The notes beneath the pieces are model-generated. The model saw only the letters and a list, made by a program, of their open reading frames with translations. It searched no databases and was not told where the DNA came from. A DNA stretch of 64,000 bases from contig JBBAAQ010000008.1 in NCBI GenBank assembly GCA_041658255.1, positions 3,442 through 67,441 on the forward strand, read 5' to 3'. Both the position numbers and the translations under genes were made by a program. The stretch is from Candidatus Woesearchaeota archaeon (GTDB lineage Archaea; Nanobdellota; Nanobdellia; Woesearchaeales; UBA9642). Positions 56,282 through 64,000 of this stretch are shown here, one piece after another; the stretch's first letter is position 1, and each line of letters begins with the position of its first letter.

Positions 56282-56642
56282 GCGTATAAATCCTTAATCA
56301 TTACCGCTTTTTGTGAATGACTCATGAATGATATTGATATCCAAATCCATACGTTGACTGAACACGCACTTGAAGTGCTGCAAGAACGATCCCCGGGTAA
56401 AACATTCTCTATCATTATGCGCGTAATCCTGAAGAACTGAATGCAAGCAGCGAATTACTCACAAAAGAACTGGGTAGTTATCTTTCCCATTACGAACTTT
56501 TAGTCCAAGATAAAGTGCATTATTGGCGGTAATATACGCCCGGGATTTATACGACACTCAAAAAAAAGTACACGTAATTTTTTTCCATTCTCGAGTGGTT
56601 AGTATCATAAACTTTATATAGAAAAACAAAATTACATATCTT

Positions 56643-57173
56643 ATGGTACTTTCAGAATTGATTATGAGTTTATATCTTTCTGCAGCAAATCCCGCAATTT
56701 TGCTACAGAATTATTCACAAGAACAGTCTATACAGCAAGAAAAAACATTGCCTGATTCTACACTTTTTACTCAGCGATTAGAGAATATTATTTCTCGTAT
56801 CCCTAGCAAAGGAGCACCTGGGGGTACAATCGTAACTGAAGGATTTAATGTATCTACAATAGATTATGATCTTAATGGACAATATTTTTTTGAAAAATTT
56901 ACATTCGAAAAAAAAGATTATGTGGTTGTCGCGCGATTGTTCAGCGATGATTCCTGTAAAAAATATTTTCTTATGGTTTCTGGAGATCGATTTGTTCTCA
57001 GTTATGATTTGAAAAGTTTAGATAGTAAGACTGCAACTGATCCTATTCCTGACGCATATGATGTGCTAGAAGGAAAATCTTCAAAGTTATTCAAAAGCGG
57101 ACCAGACGCTGCAAAATTAGTCTCAGAAAAATTACTCCCTGACGCAGAAAAATATGTTGCGAAGAATAAATAA
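56643..57173 (+). CDS. Hypothetical protein with a hydrophobic N-terminus (possibly exported)
   Basis: MVLSELIMSLYLSAANPAILL... TATA ctttatatag lies ~25 bp upstream. Confidence 0.4.
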   Translation: MVLSELIMSLYLSAANPAILLQNYSQEQSIQQEKTLPDSTLFTQRLENIISRIPSKGAPGGTIVTEGFNVSTIDYDLNGQYFFEKFTFEKKDYVVVARLFSDDSCKKYFLMVSGDRFVLSYDLKSLDSKTATDPIPDAYDVLEGKSSKLFKSGPDAAKLVSEKLLPDAEKYVAKNK

Positions 57174-57181
57174 TTCTTTTA

Positions 57182-57856
57182 TTATTCACAAACACAATCC
57201 ATTCTCTTATTTACCTTAACCTTCGTTATCATTCCTGTCGCTAGATTCACACGGATCATTTCTTTCTCAATTTTTCCTTCGATCAGATACTGCAATGCTA
57301 TGTTCACCGCAAGCGATCCTACAATTGAAACCATCGAATTCAACACACCGATTTCGCACGACGTTTCTCCTTCTTTATCCTGATTGAAACATGCAAAACA
57401 GGGTGCATCAGTGTTTTTTGCATCGATGAAATAGATTGCACCAATTCCATGCACTGCACCCGTATAGATCCAAGGAATTTTTTTCTCAAGACAATACTTG
57501 TTAATCACAAGACGCGCTGCAACATTATCAGTGCAATCAATAACTAAATCTGGAATTCCAATAATTTCATAATTTTTCTCGTCAATCATTTGCGTGATTG
57601 CAGTTACTTCTGTAAAATCTTTAAGTTTCTCTTTGATTGCAAGAACTTTCGATTTCAATAAATCTTTCATGTCAAAAAGCATTTGCCGTTCAAGATTCGG
57701 AGTGTCGACAATATCAGAATCAATGATGGTGAATGGAATTCTCATCCGTCCGAGAAGTTGCGCAATGCTGCATCCAGTACCACCCGCGCCGATAATCACG
57801 ATTTTTTTTCCAATAATTTTTTCTGCATCTTTTCCAAAAACTTTCTGATAACTCAT
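57182..57856 (-). CDS. E1-like ThiF/MoeB/UbaA-family adenylyltransferase
   Basis: KIVIIGAGGTGCSIAQLL...DSDIVDTPNLERQMLF, with CxxC pairs. An ATGA overlap links it to the upstream gene. Confidence 0.8.
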   Translation of the reverse strand: MSYQKVFGKDAEKIIGKKIVIIGAGGTGCSIAQLLGRMRIPFTIIDSDIVDTPNLERQMLFDMKDLLKSKVLAIKEKLKDFTEVTAITQMIDEKNYEIIGIPDLVIDCTDNVAARLVINKYCLEKKIPWIYTGAVHGIGAIYFIDAKNTDAPCFACFNQDKEGETSCEIGVLNSMVSIVGSLAVNIALQYLIEGKIEKEMIRVNLATGMITKVKVNKRMDCVCE

Positions 57857-58800
57857 CTTGCAACTCCTGAATCTGTCTTGCATAATTCTTTCTCGAGTTT
57901 GCAGGCATTACATATTTCACCACTACATGCATCACCGCACGCTGTGCAATACCTGAATGTCGTATGCTGTTTTTGTTCTCGATAATGGTCTTTGAGGAGT
58001 GGAAGAATCTCTAAAAATGCATTGACAATGCCATTTTTTGCTCCGGGAAGTTTTGATTCAATGGCGTTGATCTCGTCGCGAACAGTTGCACGAAATGATA
58101 ATGCGATATTGGGGCATTCATTAAATTCAACTTTGAATCCTTTAAGAAGCGCAAATAATCGCGATTCTTTTTCAGAAATGAAATAGAGTGGTTTAACACG
58201 GGGAACAAATTTATCATTTGCATTGAGCCCCGTTGTTGGGCCTAATGAGGCATTGTGTGACATATTGCCAAGCAATGTATTCATCAGGAATGATTGCGCT
58301 TCATCGTCGAGATTATGACCGGTCGCAAGTTTAGTTGCACCCAATCGTTTTGCTTCGCGATTGAGGAGTGTTCGACGAAAAATTCCGCATATCGTGCAAG
58401 GCTTTTTGTTTTTTGCAATACCCTTCTCGCGGATATTATCGAGTGTATCACCAAATTTATTTTTGAATGAAGCGATTTCTAATCGAATATCATATTGTTT
58501 ACAGAATAATTGTAGATCATCAAGTGTGTGATCACGATATCCTGCAATCCCTTCGTCGATCGCGAGTGCAAAAAAATTGATATCATACGTTTTGCAGTAT
58601 TTCATCGTCATATATAATACTGCGAGTGAATCTTTGCCACCCGACGTTGCAACACAAATGGTGTCCTTCTTATCGAATAATTCGAATCGCGCAATGGTCC
58701 TTAAAACTTTATTTTCAAAATAGTTAAGAAAATGATTCTTACAAAAATTCTGTCCCTGTCCTGCGTAGACTGCTTTTTCTTCACATTTTGTGCATTGCAT
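57853..58800 (-). CDS. PP-loop tRNA 2-thiolation protein (NcsA/TtuA family)
   Basis: The N-terminal Zn finger reads CTKCEEK...FCKNHF. The PP-loop reads VATSGGKDS. C-terminal motifs are CTACG and CNAC. Confidence 0.8.
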   Translation of the reverse strand: MQCTKCEEKAVYAGQGQNFCKNHFLNYFENKVLRTIARFELFDKKDTICVATSGGKDSLAVLYMTMKYCKTYDINFFALAIDEGIAGYRDHTLDDLQLFCKQYDIRLEIASFKNKFGDTLDNIREKGIAKNKKPCTICGIFRRTLLNREAKRLGATKLATGHNLDDEAQSFLMNTLLGNMSHNASLGPTTGLNANDKFVPRVKPLYFISEKESRLFALLKGFKVEFNECPNIALSFRATVRDEINAIESKLPGAKNGIVNAFLEILPLLKDHYREQKQHTTFRYCTACGDACSGEICNACKLEKELCKTDSGVAR

Positions 58801-58801
58801 T

Positions 58802-58996
58802 TCATCCACCACTCACGACAGAAAGGATCTGAATATCGTTTTCTCTTTCGAGAACTTCATCATCGAGAACAACGGTGCCGTTTTTGACGACGATGACTGT
58901 TGATGGATTAATCTTTAGTGATTCGAGAAGTTCACGTGCAGTACAAGTACTATCCTGAGAAATATGTGTATTATCCTTTTCAATATAAATCTTCAT
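58802..58996 (-). CDS. Ubiquitin-like sulfur carrier (ThiS/MoaD/SAMP family)
   Basis: 64 aa ending in ...ILSVVSGG* (C-terminal Gly-Gly). Its stop codon is 1 nt from the NcsA start. Confidence 0.75.
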   Translation of the reverse strand: MKIYIEKDNTHISQDSTCTARELLESLKINPSTVIVVKNGTVVLDDEVLERENDIQILSVVSGG

Positions 58997-59086
58997 TGTA
59001 ATTCCCTGGGACTAGTTCCCAGACTATTCTGAGGAGTGGGATAGGTTTTATAAATATTATCCTAAATGATGTGATAAGAAATTTGA

Positions 59087-60604
59087 TTATCGCTGAATCA
59101 GACTCTCGCCCGTCATCTCTTTCGGTTTCGGAATCTCTAGTAATTCTAATACAGTCGGAGCGATGTCTCGTAATCCTTTGCCTTCTTTTAATGTGCACTG
59201 TTTTAATATCTCATCATTACTCACAAGAATACCCGGAACAGGATTGATGGTGTGGCTTGTTCGCCATTCAGGTGTTTGGTCCTCAGCATTTCCATGATCT
59301 GCAAATATGATAAGTGTATAATTGTGCGCGAGTCCTGCTTCCACAATCTTTCCTACGGCTTCATCGACTGCAACCACTGCCTTATGTATTGCATCAATAA
59401 CTCCGGTGTGCCCGACCATATCGCCATTGACGAGGTTTGTGATAATAAGATCATATTTTTCTGTCGCAATCTCTGTCTTCAATCTCTCAGTCACCTCATA
59501 GACGGACATTTCCGGTTTTAAATCATAGGTTGCAATCTTTGGTGAAGGAATTAATATGCGATCCTCTTGAGGATTGGGTTCTTCAATTTGACCATTAAAA
59601 AAGAATGTCACATGTGCATATTTTTCAGTTTCAGAAATGCGAAGTTGTTTTAGTCCATGTTCACCTAATGTTTTTCCTAAAAGATTATCAAATGCAACAT
59701 CCTTAAATGCAACATGCGCATTCATTGGAATATAATATTGTGTCATACTAGCATAATATACGTTTAACGCTTTACGATCCCATCCATCAAATTTTTCTTC
59801 AACAATGCTCTGCGTGAATTCACGTGGACGATCGGTTCTAAAATTGTAGAAAATAATCGAATCATGTTCGTGAATCCCCGTGTAACTAACCCTCGCGCGC
59901 GGTTTAATGAATTCATCAGTTTCATTATTGGCATGACACTGTTTAATTTCAGCAGTCACATCAGTAAACACCGAAACGCCCTTTGCATTTACAATACATT
60001 CGTATGCTTCTTTGATACGGTCCCATCGTTTATCACGATCCATCGTATAATACCGTCCAGAGATCGTTGCAATATTACCAAAACCTATTTGTTTAAATTT
60101 TTCTTCTAACGCAGCGATGTGCTTCAAACTATCAGTGACTGGAGAATCCCTGCCGTCAGTAATCACATGTACGACCACATTCGTGAATTGTTCTTGTTTA
60201 CATAAATCGAGCAGTGCAAATAAATGGTCGCGATGACTGTGAACGCCTTCGACTTGTAATAATCCTATAAGATGTAATGTCGTGTTATACTGTTTGCAAT
60301 TCTTTATTGCATCCAAAAATTCTGGAATACTAAAAAAATCACCATCTTTAATAGATTTATTGATGCGCTCGAGTGATTGAAAAATAATACGTCCAGAACC
60401 GATTGTCATATGTCCAACTTCAGAATTGCCTTGATATCCCTTCGGGACACCGACAGCTTCACCAGATGCTGCAAGAAGTGTATGTGGATAATTTTGCATG
60501 AGCATAGTATCATTCTTGAGATGCATCTCACAAATTGCATTATCAGTGCATTCTTTACGATAACCCCACCCATCACGGATGACGAGAATTGTTTTATGTT
60601 TCAT
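59087..60604 (-). CDS. gpmI: 2,3-bisphosphoglycerate-independent phosphoglycerate mutase (bacterial GpmI type)
   Basis: VIRDGWG...GNSEVGHMTIGSGRI...ADHGNAE. Confidence 0.9.
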   Translation of the reverse strand: MKHKTILVIRDGWGYRKECTDNAICEMHLKNDTMLMQNYPHTLLAASGEAVGVPKGYQGNSEVGHMTIGSGRIIFQSLERINKSIKDGDFFSIPEFLDAIKNCKQYNTTLHLIGLLQVEGVHSHRDHLFALLDLCKQEQFTNVVVHVITDGRDSPVTDSLKHIAALEEKFKQIGFGNIATISGRYYTMDRDKRWDRIKEAYECIVNAKGVSVFTDVTAEIKQCHANNETDEFIKPRARVSYTGIHEHDSIIFYNFRTDRPREFTQSIVEEKFDGWDRKALNVYYASMTQYYIPMNAHVAFKDVAFDNLLGKTLGEHGLKQLRISETEKYAHVTFFFNGQIEEPNPQEDRILIPSPKIATYDLKPEMSVYEVTERLKTEIATEKYDLIITNLVNGDMVGHTGVIDAIHKAVVAVDEAVGKIVEAGLAHNYTLIIFADHGNAEDQTPEWRTSHTINPVPGILVSNDEILKQCTLKEGKGLRDIAPTVLELLEIPKPKEMTGESLIQR

Positions 60605-60663
60605 ATCTTCTCAGAGGATGAGTTGTTTTTAAAGTTTGTTAATTATACTCTCAAGAGTTTATT

Positions 60664-61055
60664 TTAGTAAATCAGCGCCACAACAACTCCATGTATTTCT
60701 TCGAATCGCACTTTTTCTGGATCGACGAAGGGATTATTATCGCCTTGGTGATAAGAAATGCTCCAAGATTGCCTTGCCCCTTACTGATGACGCGATGGAT
60801 AATGATGTTGTTTCCTTTTTTATACGAGACAATATCTCCCATAGTAATCGCATTGATGTTTTCGGACTTCTTTTCTATCGATCGCGTATAATGATTGATG
60901 GTCGGGAGCATTGATGAACTATTATCACACGTTGCCCAGAACGCATTTTTAAGCGTGATGATAACTTTATCATTCAAGACGAGGATGTTATTATTGGAAA
61001 TGATTGCCGGACGATTCCCGAAATCTTCAGTAATGAGGAACGTTTCATCCCTCAA
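60664..61055 (-). pseudogene. S26 signal-peptidase-like gene with an apparent 1-nt frameshift
   Basis: The track frame gives SSSMLPTI...GDIVSYK...IIIHRVIS...FLITKAIIIPSS. Shifting one base at ~60743 restores ..ITK/GDNNPFVDPEKVRFEEIHGVVVALIY*, the canonical KGDNN box. Confidence 0.55.
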
Positions 61056-61082
61056 GTTGCGGCGTTGATGATTGCATACTTG

Positions 61083-61430
61083 TTATTTTTTCATCTGTTG
61101 TTGCTTTTGCAGTATCTCTTCTTGGCTGATATGCCCGCAATCGCACATGACCGGGAATGTATCTGCAAAAAGTACTGAACCACAATTTTGGCAAGTAAAA
61201 CCATAGACTTCTGTCGGCATTGAGAATTCTTGGAGTGCGAGTTCCGGAGTTTGAGGAGATTGTTTTGCAAATTTCATACTATCTTTATAGATGTCGATAA
61301 CTCCTTCAGTTAAGCACCCTAAACAGATATGGAGTTCGCCTTTCGCATAATGACAACTAAACACGGCTGTATCTTGCGATGTGATCTTGCAGAGATCGCA
61401 TGTTTTCGATTCGAGAGTATTATCGCTCAT
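61083..61430 (-). CDS. Cys-rich zinc-finger protein
   Basis: CDLC...CLGC...CQNCG...CDCGH. Confidence 0.45.
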   Translation of the reverse strand: MSDNTLESKTCDLCKITSQDTAVFSCHYAKGELHICLGCLTEGVIDIYKDSMKFAKQSPQTPELALQEFSMPTEVYGFTCQNCGSVLFADTFPVMCDCGHISQEEILQKQQQMKK

Positions 61431-61526
61431 TGCACTCAGTATACCTTATAGTATACTAATATATAAATGTTTTGTTGTTGCGGGAGGGTTACGAAATTGA
61501 CGAGCAATTTCTATTTTTACTGTATA

Positions 61527-62324
61527 ATGATTACTCACGAAAAGATTTTTAAGGAGATACTAATACCTAAGGGTGTGGGGAGAATAAAAACAATACTCAA
61601 ATATACCTTTCTTGCAGCAGTGATTTCAGGAGTAATTAAATATGATATATCTTACAATAAGGATTTTGATAAACAAGTTACTATCCAAAATTTGAACATA
61701 AATACTATTGTCCAAAAACCCATTGCAAAGACTAAACCGTTATTGACTGGCAATACTGCACTGTTTATTATTGATATGCAGAATTCCTGGCTCGAAGATA
61801 TTGATTCAATCGAATTAAAAACAGAGATTCCGAATCAAATCAAGGTTATTAACTATTTTATATCACATCATAATCCGATATATGTTTTTGAATATGCAGA
61901 TATGGGCAAGACAACACCAATTCTTCGTAAGGAGATTGATCGATATCCAAATAAACAGTATTTTTTAAAAGAGGGGCAAAGCGCATTTAGTACGCGTGAT
62001 TCACTTGAAAAAATACTCTATAAACAAAATATTAGAAATGTTATCGTCATGGGCATTAATGCATCAGGATGTGTAAAAGAGACTGTAATAGATTTGTTAT
62101 CTGCGCAATATACTTTCAAAAAATTTAACGAGACAGATTCTTTATCATTACAGTTGAATGTGCTCTTATCTAATGATATTATTGCTGATCCAAGAACTGA
62201 TTATGCAGTGAGACGTGTTAATGACCGATTAGAAAGCGGTTCGTGGTATCGTATGCAAAAGAATTGTTTTTTTCGTGATACTTATGAAGAACTTTTTACA
62301 TTGTTAAACCATAAGGAACAATAA
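61527..62324 (+). CDS. Isochorismatase/cysteine-hydrolase family protein with an N-terminal TM anchor
   Basis: TALFIIDMQNSW...VIVMGINASGCVKETV. The ATG at 61467 abuts the TATA box, so 61527 is preferred. Confidence 0.6.
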   Translation: MITHEKIFKEILIPKGVGRIKTILKYTFLAAVISGVIKYDISYNKDFDKQVTIQNLNINTIVQKPIAKTKPLLTGNTALFIIDMQNSWLEDIDSIELKTEIPNQIKVINYFISHHNPIYVFEYADMGKTTPILRKEIDRYPNKQYFLKEGQSAFSTRDSLEKILYKQNIRNVIVMGINASGCVKETVIDLLSAQYTFKKFNETDSLSLQLNVLLSNDIIADPRTDYAVRRVNDRLESGSWYRMQKNCFFRDTYEELFTLLNHKEQ

Positions 62325-62355
62325 CATTTTTAATGGGGTTGGGTGTTATATACTT

Positions 62356-63231
62356 ATGCTCCTCGCGTCCATCGTTATCGCTTTCATCGCACTCATTATC
62401 GGTTCGATTACTGATCTGAAGAACCGTGAAGTCCCTGATTATGTGTCGTATAGTCTGATATTCTTTGCATTTGCAAGTGCAATCATGTATTCTATTATTC
62501 AATGGTCCTATATCCCGATTGCGCAGACTGCAATGGGTTTTATTGTCGGACTCATCATCGCATATACCATGTTTTATCTCGGGCAATGGGGGGGCGGAGA
62601 CAGTAAACTCATCATGGGACTTGGTGCCGCATTAGGATTCAATTTGTTTGCACTTTTTGGACAGACAAATTATTGGCTCCTTATCTTCCTCTTCCTCACT
62701 GTCATTGTCGGAGCAATCTATGGACTTTTTTGGAGTATCGCTCTTGCCATTAAGCATCATCGCGAATTTCGTAAAGCACTTATTGCATTATCACATAAAA
62801 AACACATCCTTATTATTCGAAGGATTGCGCTTGTACTCCTTATTGTTTTCACCATTGTCACATTCTTTTTTGTACCGCAAGAATTTCGACTTATTATTTT
62901 TTCACTCATCGCCGTCGTATTCTTCATGTTCTATCTCTGGCTCTTTGTCAAAGTCATAGAACTCGGATGCATGGTCAAAGATGTTTCTGTCTCAAAACTC
63001 ACTGAGGGCGATTGGATCTATAAAAATATTAAGATCGGAAGGAAATATCTTGCAGGGCCAAAAGATTTAGGGATATCCCGTGAGCAAATAACACTCCTCA
63101 AAAAATATGTGAAACTCGGAAAAATAAAGAAAGTGACCATCAAAGAAGGGATTCCATTTATTCCTGCGTTTCTTATCGCATTCATCCTCGTCCTCGCATT
63201 CTACTATCTGAAGATCGTGCCGTTCTTTTAG
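62356..63231 (+). CDS. A24-family aspartic peptidase (preflagellin/prepilin peptidase, FlaK/PibD-like)
   Basis: SITDLKNREVPD (first catalytic Asp) and GGGDSKLIMGLGAALG (GxGD). Confidence 0.8.
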   Translation: MLLASIVIAFIALIIGSITDLKNREVPDYVSYSLIFFAFASAIMYSIIQWSYIPIAQTAMGFIVGLIIAYTMFYLGQWGGGDSKLIMGLGAALGFNLFALFGQTNYWLLIFLFLTVIVGAIYGLFWSIALAIKHHREFRKALIALSHKKHILIIRRIALVLLIVFTIVTFFFVPQEFRLIIFSLIAVVFFMFYLWLFVKVIELGCMVKDVSVSKLTEGDWIYKNIKIGRKYLAGPKDLGISREQITLLKKYVKLGKIKKVTIKEGIPFIPAFLIAFILVLAFYYLKIVPFF

Positions 63232-63238
63232 AAAAATA

Positions 63239-63799
63239 TTACGGTATCCTGTCCAGACTCTGCAATAAATAATTCTTTTTTTTATGTTTGTGCTCTTTTT
63301 TCTCGCCCTCAAATTCTTCCTGAGATGTCTCTTGCGTATGTATGGGCAGAACCTTTTCTACAGGTTTTTCTTCTATGACTTCTTGTTTGGGTTCAGGGGT
63401 ACTCATACCTTCGCTGATGATGCGCTGCATACTCTCGAGTGCATCAGGCGCTGCTTGTTTTAAGTCCCAATCAAGTTTTAACCCATCATCACTTCGACGG
63501 GGAATGATATGGATGGATACGTGAGAAATGGTTTGTCCTGCAGAAATGCCGTTCTGCATAATAATATTTGTACCATGTACTTTTAATAATTCAAAAAGGA
63601 GTATTGAGATTTTATTTGCAGCAGCAGCCATATAGGTAAGAAGATCCTGCGGCATCTGTTCAAGAATGGAATAATGTTCTTTTGGGAATAGTTGAATGTG
63701 TCCTGATGTTGCAGGATTTGGCGCGAGAAATACTTTGATCTTCTCATTCTCGTAGATGAGATTTTTCTCGAATGTATTTTCACAAATTTCGCAATTCAT
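63239..63799 (-). CDS. HIT-family nucleotide hydrolase with a charged C-terminal extension
   Basis: GHIQLFPKEH...ISHVSIHIIPR carries the histidine triad. Confidence 0.8.
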   Translation of the reverse strand: MNCEICENTFEKNLIYENEKIKVFLAPNPATSGHIQLFPKEHYSILEQMPQDLLTYMAAAANKISILLFELLKVHGTNIIMQNGISAGQTISHVSIHIIPRRSDDGLKLDWDLKQAAPDALESMQRIISEGMSTPEPKQEVIEEKPVEKVLPIHTQETSQEEFEGEKKEHKHKKKNYLLQSLDRIP

Positions 63800-63802
63800 G
63801 CC

Positions 63803-64000
63803 TTATGCTCCGAATAATTTTGCAATATCGTCTAAATTAGCTTTTTTTTGTTGGGGGATTGTTGAATGTGATTTTTCGCCTTGTGTTTCTGTTTTTGTGG
63901 TAGATTTTTTTACTGGCGTTTTTTTTGCAGGCGACTGTTCTTTTTTTGTGATTGTCTTTTCTTCTGAAGAGTCCTCTTCTTCATGAGGTTCTTCTTTGTT
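63803..64000 (-). CDS. Hypothetical protein, N-terminus off window; Lys/Glu/Thr-rich low-complexity C-terminus
   Basis: Manual translation gives ...EEKTITKKEQSPAKKTPVKKSTTKTETQGEKSHSTIPQQKKANLDDIAKLFGA*. Confidence 0.4.
   Translation of the reverse strand, partial: NKEEPHEEEDSSEEKTITKKEQSPAKKTPVKKSTTKTETQGEKSHSTIPQQKKANLDDIAKLFGA

Noticed and set aside
56323-56540. Short ORFs (for example MNDIDIQIHTLTEHALEVLQERSPGKTFSIIMRVILKN) that might be a frameshifted small gene.
   Set aside because: They have no recognisable motif, are only ~38 codons long, and can be joined to the next ORF only by assuming a frameshift. The evidence is insufficient.
1-64000. tRNA genes, transposases, integrases and CRISPR-cas.
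   Set aside because: Scanning by eye for T-loop-like GGTTCGAATCC strings and for recombinase motifs in the ORF track found nothing beyond the two 5S genes. A proper tRNAscan or HMM run could still find degenerate examples.

Overview
This 64-kb window is gene-dense and AT-rich, and is almost certainly from a small-genome archaeon (DPANN-like). That assignment is an inference from gene content.

Archaeal hallmarks:
- BRE/TATA-type promoters (about AAANNTTTATAAA) sit 25-35 bp upstream of many start codons.
- An AglB/STT3 oligosaccharyltransferase carries a WWDFG motif.
- There is an A24 preflagellin-type peptidase, a small TRAM protein and a SAMP-NcsA-E1 operon.
- Two 5S rRNA genes occur without any linked 16S or 23S gene.

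Several genes are bacterial in type: grpE-dnaK-dnaJ, gpmI, an NrdR domain and a GT9 heptosyltransferase.

Layout:
1. 1-3.5 kb: galE (partial) and a cluster of toxin-antitoxin cassettes separated by a repeated ~60-bp element.
2. 3.6-34.3 kb: a ~30-kb glycan-biosynthesis super-island.
   - It encodes GT2, GT4 and GT9 transferases, a Wzx flippase, AglB, a GT-C/ArnT-like transferase, ArnC-like and ArnE/F-like proteins, four radical-SAM enzymes and several methyltransferases.
   - It is interrupted by HEPN/MNT modules and decayed regulator genes.
   - It contains two divergent 5S rRNA genes.
   - A visibly more AT-rich sub-island lies at ~10.8-18.4 kb.
3. 34.0-37.8 kb: an array in which the last ~250 bp of a small transporter gene plus a 74-bp promoter segment is reiterated. 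Each copy fronts a different cargo gene: MNT/HEPN, Bro-N or DinD.
4. 38-42.4 kb: nitroreductase, an AbiE-like pair, an RGG-TRAM protein and small hypothetical genes.
5. 42.6-47.0 kb: grpE-DUF3467-dnaK-dnaJ.
6. 47.0-55.4 kb: a ribonucleotide-reductase supercluster on the minus strand.
   - It carries thioredoxin-like, HAD and NrdG genes plus a B12-dependent class II RNR.
   - The class III NrdD has a complete NrdR fused to its N-terminus. Its glycyl-radical C-terminus is encoded on a separate 55-codon ORF after a 221-nt gap.
   - NrdR-box palindromes lie upstream of both reductase genes.
7. 55.6-64 kb: hypothetical genes, the SAMP/NcsA/E1 sulfur-relay operon, gpmI, a frameshifted S26-like peptidase, an isochorismatase-like protein, the A24 peptidase and a HIT protein.

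I found no CRISPR array, tRNA gene, transposase or integrase. Every family assignment comes from reading motifs in the supplied translations or my own manual translations. No database search was run.
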